Below are positions 56,901-64,000 of a DNA stretch of 64,000 nt, piece after piece. The translations under genes and the position numbers were made by a program. The stretch covers positions 19,344,001-19,408,000 of the forward strand of contig JBHGNT010000006.1 in the NCBI GenBank assembly GCA_043228905.1, read 5' to 3'. The stretch comes from Azolla caroliniana. Its lineage: Eukaryota; Plantae; Polypodiophyta. Within the stretch, counting starts at the first letter, position 1. Each line of letters opens with the position of its first letter. The notes under the pieces are model-generated. The model had not been told where the DNA came from. It saw only the letters and a list, made by a program, of their open reading frames with translations, and did not search any database.

Positions 56901-58310
56901 ATCTGAGACTACACTCATTCCATTTGCAAACATAGCTGAAATCTGTCTAGGCATGTCAACATCCAAAATAAACATTCTTCCTTGTCGTTTTCCTTTTGCA
57001 ATGAGCTTCCCATTCTTTTCTATATAGCATCCACTTTGCTTAAACTTTACTTGCATACCTTGCTCTACTATCTGTCCAACAGAAATAAGATTCTTAGCAA
57101 GATTTGGAACATGCATTACATTCAACATATACTTAGTCTTTCCTTTTTCTTCCCACAATGGAATATCTCCAACATGTTCTATTTGGTGAGTACTATTATC
57201 ACCCGTCTGTACATAGCCAGGAATCTCTGGTTCTCTTAACCTTTCATACCAGTTTGCATGTCCAGTCATATGGTTAGATGCCCCCGAGTCTACATACCAT
57301 GTAAACTCTTCATTACATTTCTGTGAGCTTTCAGCCACTGCTGCTATCTCATGTTGTACCACAAATGCACCATCTTTTTCACAATCTTCACTAGTTTGGG
57401 CATAGTTATTCTGCTGTCTCTTTCCTCTTTGCTCATCATTTTGCTTCTTGTAACATTCAGCCTGTGTGTGGCCTGGTTTTCCACAATACCAACAGCCATC
57501 ATCATTTACATATGTTTGCTTACCTCTACCTTGGTTGCTCCCCCTGCCTCTGTTGTTGTTTCTTCCTCTAATGGTTTGTTGTCCTCTTCCTTGATAACCA
57601 TTATTGTGGGTTCTTGTTGAGCCAAATCTTCCATGGCCTCTTCCTCGGCCTCTTCCAGCACTATTATATAGGGCTTGCCCCTCATTCTCAAGATTTCCTT
57701 TATTTACATCATCCATCTGATTCCTTTCTTCTACTACAAGCATTGAAACCAGATCTGAGAAACTTGGGATACTATCCCTTGTAAGCATAGAGGTTTTAAA
57801 GCTTTTGTATTGGGGTCCCAAGCCTCTCAAGCATATATCTACCTTATAATCATCTTCTATCTTTACATTGATAGAAGCAAGTGATTCACATATGCTCTTT
57901 ATTTTCAAGGCATACTCATTTATTGACATCTTACCTTTTTCTAAGGTATTTAGCTCAGTCTTCAACTGTAGCTTTCTAGCTTTTGTGTTTACTGCAAACA
58001 GTTTTACCAAACTGTCCCAAGCTTCTTTTGGGAGCATAGCATCCTGTATGTGCCCAAGCATCGAATCTGAGATGCTAAGTGAGAGCCAATGCATTACCTT
58101 CCTTGCCCCTTCATTCCAATCTTTGAATGCTTTAATCTGTGCTGCTGTGGCATTTTCTTCTGGGATCTCCGGAGCCTCTTCTAGGTCTCCTTCAATGTAA
58201 TCCCAGTATCCTTTCCCCATTAGGAAATTTGTCATTCTAAATTTCCACGCCGGGAAATTGTTTTTATCTAGTTTCTCTGTAACTATTTGGCCCGCATTCT
58301 CTACAGCCAT
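53961..58310 (-). CDS. gag-pol: Copia Gag-Pol polyprotein of I (about 1449 aa from the first ATG)
   Basis: Single ORF: CWYCGKPGHTQAEC, WYVDSGAS, HTDVWGP/DGGGEY/E, YVDD, RH D-E-D. Confidence 0.96.
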   Translation of the reverse strand: MAVENAGQIVTEKLDKNNFPAWKFRMTNFLMGKGYWDYIEGDLEEAPEIPEENATAAQIKAFKDWNEGARKVMHWLSLSISDSMLGHIQDAMLPKEAWDSLVKLFAVNTKARKLQLKTELNTLEKGKMSINEYALKIKSICESLASINVKIEDDYKVDICLRGLGPQYKSFKTSMLTRDSIPSFSDLVSMLVVEERNQMDDVNKGNLENEGQALYNSAGRGRGRGHGRFGSTRTHNNGYQGRGQQTIRGRNNNRGRGSNQGRGKQTYVNDDGCWYCGKPGHTQAECYKKQNDEQRGKRQQNNYAQTSEDCEKDGAFVVQHEIAAVAESSQKCNEEFTWYVDSGASNHMTGHANWYERLREPEIPGYVQTGDNSTHQIEHVGDIPLWEEKGKTKYMLNVMHVPNLAKNLISVGQIVEQGMQVKFKQSGCYIEKNGKLIAKGKRQGRMFILDVDMPRQISAMFANGMSVVSDVEMWHKRIGHISMQTLKNMLRKDAVAGLPKLKNCEMGKICEACQYGKQNRLPFPHERHVSKNLLDLVHTDVWGPTKNASIGGCRFYVTFIDDCSRKTWVYFMKEKSEVFECFRKFKCMVEKQAGTRIKCLRSDGGGEYFSNEFSDFLCNQGIRRQFTCIYTPQQNGVAERKNITLVNIARALMTEKNMPLYYWAEAVNTTNYILNRCITSGVHEATPEECFYGRKPSIEHLKVFGCLAYVHVPAEVRSKLDPKAEKCIFVGYSEEQKGYRCYNPVTKKIVTSRDVIFDELASWYSPKQNPETDEDNEIEDKDKSENIEDCHRDGSKDGQQSPTSTECSGPSKSSDGKSDSNSWSGKSGGHKKCDDKKGKQKMPEYEMLDDLSKNMEDEDSDVSLDDLLGIRGLKIPGMEKALKDANQKLRRSDREKKTVERFGYDTYMAMHYAYMSKVVQIPDPSSFDEAKTEKKWVDAMQEEIDALAENKTWDLVRLPKEKNVVGCKWVYKTKHDSSGNVSRHKARLVAKGYAQMQGIDYDETFAPVAKMATLRTLLAVGATRRWFLHHMDVKNAFLHGNLEEEVYMCQPPGFEDRKHPDYVCKLKKALYGLKQAPRTWHRELSDYLKKLDFKMSKADSSLYVKRKDDCMVVILIYVDDLIIGGDFMDEISKLKRNLEMKFHMKDLGDLRYFLGIEIIRSESGICVLQRQYATTMLKKYGMLGCKPIGVPLDKNCKLRADLGAKIEDVNMYRSMVGSLIYLTITRPDLSYAVGLVSQFMQQPTKPHLDCIRRILRYVKATQNYGLFYRADLDINLEGYTDVDWAGSQTDRRSTSGYIFILGSAGISWSSKKHATVALSSTEAEYRGAAIATCEEVWIRRLLADLGEYIDSTVTIWCDNMSSIQLAKNPVFHARTKHIEVHYHFVREKVIEGEVDLVYVNTNQQVADILTKGLSVEKHTQFRNMMGVVDIDMMAEKHHEKEVVDNPKKG

Positions 58311-58765
58311 TATCTCTTCCAAACAAGGGTTTCTGCTACGATTACTTCAACAAGTAACTTTTTGATTCAGATCAACAAACAAAGAAATACCTTTCTCAGA
58401 TCTATGCACTTTTGTACTCTTCTTTATGAACAACTCTGCTCTGATACCATGTTAAGAAAACGTGAAGAAGGCACTCGGGCTCTTCTTATGTGCGCGGCGG
58501 ATCGTGGTGTGCTAGATCGTTTAGTGCTCAAACACAGAAGGGAAGGGGGAAGGAGACTTACCTCTGTAGCAGCCAAAAACTTCTTCTATTTCATTATGCG
58601 CAGAGCTCTACTTGCTCTCGTTTGTTTCTCTCTCTTGCTCTCACTCTCTGAGTTCTTTCTCTCTATGCTCTATCTCTCTCACAGAGTTCTACTTCCTGTA
58701 TATCTTCTTCTTCTTCTTTCTTACTCTCTTACTTTCTACCTAAGTAATAAGTTACTTACGTATGC

Positions 58766-58921
58766 AGCTAATTAGCTGCCTGTAGCTAATTAGCTATCAG
58801 TCACTAAATAGCTGTCAGTAGCTAAATAGCTGTCAGTCGCTAAATAGCTGTCAGTAGCTAAATAGCTGTCAGTCGCTAAATAGCTGTCAGTAGCTAATTA
58901 GCTGTCAGTAGCTAATTAGCT
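58766..58921. repeat. 18-bp tandem array, 9 units, in the 5' LTR of I
   Basis: Three extra units account for the 54-bp LTR length difference. Confidence 0.92.
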
Positions 58922-59017
58922 GTTTCTCCTTTATGTTCACAACTAGCTAAATAACTACTATAACTTATTTCCCAATAAGCATCGCATACCATGTTGAGCT
59001 TGCTTCTCAACACTCCT

Positions 59018-59573
59018 CTACCAGGAGCATTGAATGTAAGTCGAAAAAGGACGGCGTATTCTCCCGGGTACACACAATCGTTCGGAATGCTCCGAACTTC
59101 GACGCCAAACCTCCGAGACAGATCTAGACCATATCGCTCTCCTCGATGTTCACCTCTATGGAGGCGAGGGAGTCGCAGATATCCTTGATCTTCGAGGTAT
59201 AGTCCGCCACTGACAAGTCGCGTTGTCGTAGGTTGTTCAACTCCTATCGAAGCTTAAGCTTCCTGGCTGTGGTGCTCGCGGTGAAAATCTTCTTCAAATT
59301 TTCCCACGCACCCTTCGGCGTCTTTGCATCCCGTACATAGCTCAATAGTTGTTCACCCACACACGACGCGAAGGAGTATAATACCCTGCTCGCCGATTGC
59401 TCCCACGACGGGAAGTCTCTGTGTGTCGATTCGGGTGCCGCGTCATTAGCTCCTTCGACATAACTCCAGTAGCCGTGCCCGAGCAGGTACTGGTGCATCT
59501 TGTAGGACCAAGACGCGTAGTTGGTTCTGTCGAGCTTCTCTGTTCGAAGCGAGCTCGTCATGCCTCTATCCAT
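59018..59573 (-). pseudogene. gag: J gag N-terminal part
   Basis: EKLDRTNYASWSYKM...AWENLKKIF, homologous to I gag. Confidence 0.88.
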
Positions 59574-61067
59574 CGTTCTTCTTGTTCTTCTTCGTCAAGG
59601 TGTGTCAGCTGCAGAGAGGTTCTCAACCCTCGCGCTCTGATACCATGTAAAAAGTAACGTGCGGAAGCAAGTATAAAGACCGAACAGAAGGAAGAAAACT
59701 CGGGTTTAATGGAGAGCTTGAGCTTACGCAGTATACTCGGGAGAGACAAAGAGAGAGTGATAGAGAGAAAAACACAAGAACTATATTCAAAAAACTCTAT
59801 TCACCATTCTATACATATGTGTGTTCAATGAACACTTTTATACAAGTCCTAGAAGGACTGACAGAAGTACTGACAGTACTTCAATGCTCAGTGAGAGCTC
59901 CTACACTAACTCCCAAACATATTCCTCAAGGAATATCTTTCCTAACGGCCTCCCGGTTTACGCACCAATCCGGCCCTACCTACGCACCGGTCTGCGTACC
60001 GGTTTACGCATTCGGCCTAACCGATCAGTCCCAACCGATCTGGTCCTCGGCTTCTTCAGCCGATCCGGCCGATTTTGAGCTTGTCTCTCAACACTCTGAG
60101 ACTATCCATTGGTAGGTTCTTCATCAACATGTTGGATACATTGTCGTTAGTGTGGATCTTCACAAGGGCAAAATGTCTATCTCCACTTTCTCCTGCAACC
60201 AATTATACCTCCTATAGCCACGTGTTGAAGGACACTCACATCGACACGTTGTTTGATGGTGGCCACCGCCTTTTTGTTTAGAAATTTCCATTCAGACTCT
60301 AATACCCCCATGGGTATTTCTGCTCTATCGATGGGCTCGTACATGTCATCGACTATCAGGAGATCTTCCATCTTGATCTTCCAGTCTGCATAGTTTTGAG
60401 TGTTCAAGACCATCATTCCTGGCGAGCCACTCATGCCTCCTTCCATCTTTTCACATGTCGCTCTGATACCAATTTGAAGGGAAATATATCAAATACAATC
60501 GAGAAAGATGTGATGCACTGTATAAAACAAAAAACAAAAAATGCACAAAATACACAGTGTTTAACATGGAAACCCTCTATTAGGAAAAAAACCACGGGAG
60601 AACAGATCTTCCACTATACACAATATAGAATACAAGGAACGGTTACAACTCTTCTCTAATGCTTAGAAGATAACCACTTAGGGTTCTTGGCAGGTTTGGT
60701 AACCTCTACCGCCGCTCTCTCTCACGCACACTCTGCACTATACAACTCATAGCTACAGAAACTCTAATCTGCATCACTCATTAAAGTTTGCCCTAGGTGT
60801 ATTTATACTTATGCACACTATGGGCTATTTACAAATATGTCCAGTATTATTATTAGATGATAATAACACTAACAGTCAATAATCAACCGACTAATCGATT
60901 AGTCGATCCGACTAGCCGGATCCTATGTCGACTCTCCCTCAATCGACTCTTTGTGTCTTCAATTGTCGACTCTTGGCCCGAACAGACGACTACTCCTTGT
61001 CTTCGACTATCAGCTCTTACTCAGCCGAACAATCGGCTCCCCCCATAGGAGGGACATATACCTAACA

Positions 61068-61582
61068 AAATGATAGTGCACAAACAAATAGAAAACAGAA
61101 GGTATAGAGATAAAGAATGTTTAAAGTGGAAAATCTGAAATGGGAAAAACCACAGGAACCCACAGACTCCGAACCAAATCACTAACAGTAAGAGGAATAC
61201 AATAAGAACTTGCAAGGCACCAACCTTGAGTTCTACTTCGTCTAAACAAACAGCTATGGAGAAGTTACTCACTCTCACTCTCTTACTCTCACTCTCACTT
61301 AGTTACATAGGCAACAACCAACTATAACTATTCAACAACTATACAACAATGATCATCATCATAATAATAACATAATGATTTCCCTAGGTGTATTTATACT
61401 AATACCACATTCAGGGCTATTTACAAATATATCCCTGTGTCAGCTTCGACTCATTCGACTATTAGCCGAATCGATTCGGATTCAATTTTTCATCCTCGGC
61501 CCAGTTGTTGTCAACCGATTCGGTTCCCCCTTTTCTTTGAGTCATGCTCCTCTTCCCATCCAGAGGGACCAATTTCCCAACA
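61068..61582 (-). repeat. Element L: copia LTR (G-related) interrupted by K
   Basis: Minus-strand start TGTTGGGAAATTGGTCCCTCTGGATG, plus the GTAAATAGCCC...TATAAAT...CTAGGG promoter block seen in G. Confidence 0.7.
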
Positions 61583-61679
61583 TTAAATGCACCTTGCACC
61601 ATCGTGGCCGCGATTCCCTCGCTAGGCCTCATTATGATTTGGTAGAAAATAAACACGTCATTTTCACATACATAACACT

Positions 61680-61935
61680 TAGATATATATATACATTTAT
61701 ATGAATATACATAATGATATACACCCACATACTAGTTTACACGTAGATAAACTCATACATACATTACACACATATAGATATACATTCACATACATACACA
61801 ACATAAATATACACACGTGCACATACATATACAAGTACATATGCATACGAATACACTTGTATACATACACCCATATACACACTTACACAAATACATATCA
61901 CACTAAGGGATACTCAAATCTAGACATACACATTT
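61680..61935. repeat. Degenerate (TA/CA)n low-complexity tract
   Basis: TATACATACAC-type alternating purine-pyrimidine sequence. Confidence 0.85.
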
Positions 61936-62659
61936 CTTTACACTCTTCATGTTACATCATTATAGCATTTTGGAGCTCCTCTGATCAATAAAAATAGTAG
62001 TGTCACCTTTAACCTGCACCTATCCTTATCTTACCAAGGGCACCTAGTGCAAGCAAAATGTCTATCATTGTGTCCATCTCTCCTTCATTGTCATCACTTG
62101 CTCATTATAGCTCAGATATTACCTTTAGCGCAGTTCAAACCCTTAAATCCTTAGTGATCAATTCTTGTCACGCATGTTATCTTCAATTGCTAACTTAAGA
62201 TTCCTTTTATCACATGTCCTTTTAGTTATGTCTTTGATCAAACCCATAACCTTTCATAAACTTGGATTCCAACACTTTTCTCCCACTTTACACAACAATG
62301 CACATAACTTTGTGACAATGGGTTCATAACACTACTACAAAACATTACAACATAAACTTTATTATACATGTGATTTACATTTTGCCACCTTTTTAGCAAG
62401 CCTTCATGCATGTATAAATGCATTAGTTGGTAGCCAAACCAAGCCAAATGGGCATTACCTATATCAACTATAAATTAAGAAGGAAGTAAGGAGCAAGACA
62501 AACTAGTTTGGATCCTCTCTATGTGCATTTCATATACAGATGGGGAAGGGGGCTACAATCTCAATCGCTAGCTCACCGCCTCATTTATGCCCTCCCAACT
62601 CCCTCCCGTGGCCTCGGAAGGTGATACCCCTATGCAGTCTGAGTTCCTGCAACCTCACG

Positions 62660-64000
62660 AGTGGCACCACACTTCCAAATGGAGGAACTCTTGCAAGTCC
62701 TCTCCAACACCATGATTCTAATTAGCCACACGAATCAGGCTATGCTCTCCTTCCTCTTCGTCAACTCCGAACGGTCTCATGATTGGCCTGATTCCAAGGT
62801 TCACCCAAAATCCTTCTTTAACCTTCCCTTGGAGGACGTATTAGCTTGGTTGGACCACTTCGAAATTATCTCTAGTTACTGTCATGATACAATGACTTGA
62901 AATACATAGTTGGTGACAATTGAACTTGCAACCTCACATTAACAATACATCATACTCAACCATATTGATATGAACATTGTATAAGATATACTTGATCTAG
63001 GTATACTCTCTAGACATTTAGAAATTTCTAGAAAGTCCTAGGGTTCTAGAAGGTTCTAGAATATTATTCAAAATATTCTAATGCATGTACCTCAGCTCAC
63101 AATATAAATACTTGTAACCTCCTTGATCCCGGTCAAGGGATTCAACACTAGTCATATCTAGTCTTCTTGTTCCATTCAAAACAAAAATGGAGACAATATG
63201 GCATGGAACAAGAAGTCTACATTGATGTGTCAATGACTGGTGTTGAATCCCTTGATTGGGATCAAGGAGGTTACAAGTATTTATATTGTGAGTTGAGGTA
63301 CATGCAGTAGAATATTTGAAGAATATTTTGAAACCTTCTAGAACCCTGAGACTTTCCAAAACTTTCTAGATGTCTAGAGAGTATACCTAGATCAAGTACA
63401 ATCTTACACAATGATATGTAGATTAAATATATCTTATACAATGCTCATATCAAGATGGTTGAGCATGGTGTATTGTTGATGTGAGGTTGCAAGTTCAATC
63501 CTCATCAACAATATATTTTATGCCATTGTATTGTGATAGTTACCATCAATGGTTCGACGTGGGCAAAGCCTTGGAAGTTCGCACCCTCCTGGAGAACATC
63601 GCCACCACTTAGTTCGTGCAGCAAGCAAGCGAAGTGAAAGAGAACTAGACAATCCTCAAGGATCTCCTTGACATTCAAAACTTCACCCATCAAAATTCGA
63701 CACAGACGACGCTGCAATAATAAGCGCATGAACCAATGGGGAAATTTGTCCTTCAATTAAATCAACTCCTCGTTCATGCCGATCCTACTATGCCTAAGCA
63801 TGTCAAGCTTGTCTTCGTGTGGCCCCTGTCTACGCCATGACATCACCCTCCGCACCTAGGACCAAGGTCCCAAAACATTCAACAAGACCCTCAAGCAAAA
63901 GACCACCACTTACATCGATCCATTCCACGAAACCTGGGGACAAATCTTGTCATTCGCATCAACCAAGATCGGCCCCTTTCGGACACTACAAACGCGACCC
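62660..64000 (+). pseudogene. gag: Old gag remnant of the E family, split by element M
   Basis: HTNQAMLSFL...EDVLAWLDHFEIISSY|HQWFDVGKALEVRTLLENIA matches E gag. Confidence 0.8.
62880..63538. mobile_element. Element M: palindromic element of two inverted chromovirus U3-R halves, TSD GTTAC
   Basis: Arms 62880-63175 and 63203-63538 are reverse complements; each carries A/B boxes, HSE, TATA and an R-start motif; the host gag frame is restored on removal. Confidence 0.85.

Larger units (their letters stand above)
53434..59012 (-). mobile_element. Element I: intact recent Ty1/copia element
   Basis: LTRs 53434-53942 and 58450-59012; TSD CTCCT; iMet PBS ending 58449; PPT at 53943. Confidence 0.97.
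48699..60093 (-). mobile_element. Element J: degraded Ty1/copia element split by I
   Basis: 448-bp LTRs 48699-49146 and 59646-60093; TSD CTCTG; PBS 59634-59645; PPT at 49147; gag-PR-INT-RT-RH fragments. Confidence 0.93.
48332..61067 (-). mobile_element. Element K: miniature copia deletion derivative (5' LTR 60475-61067, partial 3' LTR 48332-48637, about 440 bp internal), hosting J and H3
   Basis: iMet PBS 60460-60471; gag N-terminus homologous to G fused to RH C-terminus; PPT 48638-48647; LTR homology 48332-48637 vs about 60750-61067. Confidence 0.8.

Noticed and set aside
61697-61991. His/Thr/Tyr-rich and Cys/Met/Val-rich ORFs
   Set aside because: They are translations of a TA/CA microsatellite tract.
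61990-62540. Possible host exon or promoter
   Set aside because: AT-rich with no credible ORF, splice pattern or recognisable homology; left unannotated.
62880-63538. Conventional DNA-transposon MITE or miRNA precursor
   Set aside because: The 5-bp TSD and TG-type end do not fit Tourist, Stowaway, hAT, Mutator or CACTA, and the arms show LTR promoter architecture. It cannot be fully excluded without a genome search.

Overview
No host gene is recognisable in this window; it is a deeply nested pile of plant LTR retrotransposons, most likely from a non-seed land plant such as a fern (inferred from the element types). It holds about 17 insertions: Tcn1-like Ty3/gypsy chromoviruses (two apparently intact and very young, 23916-29685 and 39417-45081), non-chromovirus gypsy elements (tRNA-Trp-primed with 4-bp TSD; a short-LTR family with ATAT TSD; a Tat-like fragment), Ty1/copia elements (one intact 1453-aa ORF), and solo LTRs. 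TSDs and interrupted reading frames imply up to about 7 nesting layers. The main signals are non-coding. (1) Many distinct LTR families carry an antisense tRNA-gene-like Pol III A-box/B-box cassette in U3, with spacing almost always 32-33 nt but no conserved tRNA fold. (2) A 659-bp palindromic element (62880-63538) consists of two inverted chromovirus U3-R halves and was inserted with a 5-bp TSD. (3) The chromoviruses show Tf1-type self-priming supported by compensatory base changes. (4) A covarying -1 frameshift pseudoknot lies at the gag/pol junction. (5) Family-specific arrays of heat-shock, RY and TALE-homeodomain motifs sit in the LTR promoters. All coordinates and comparisons were read by eye, without alignment software.
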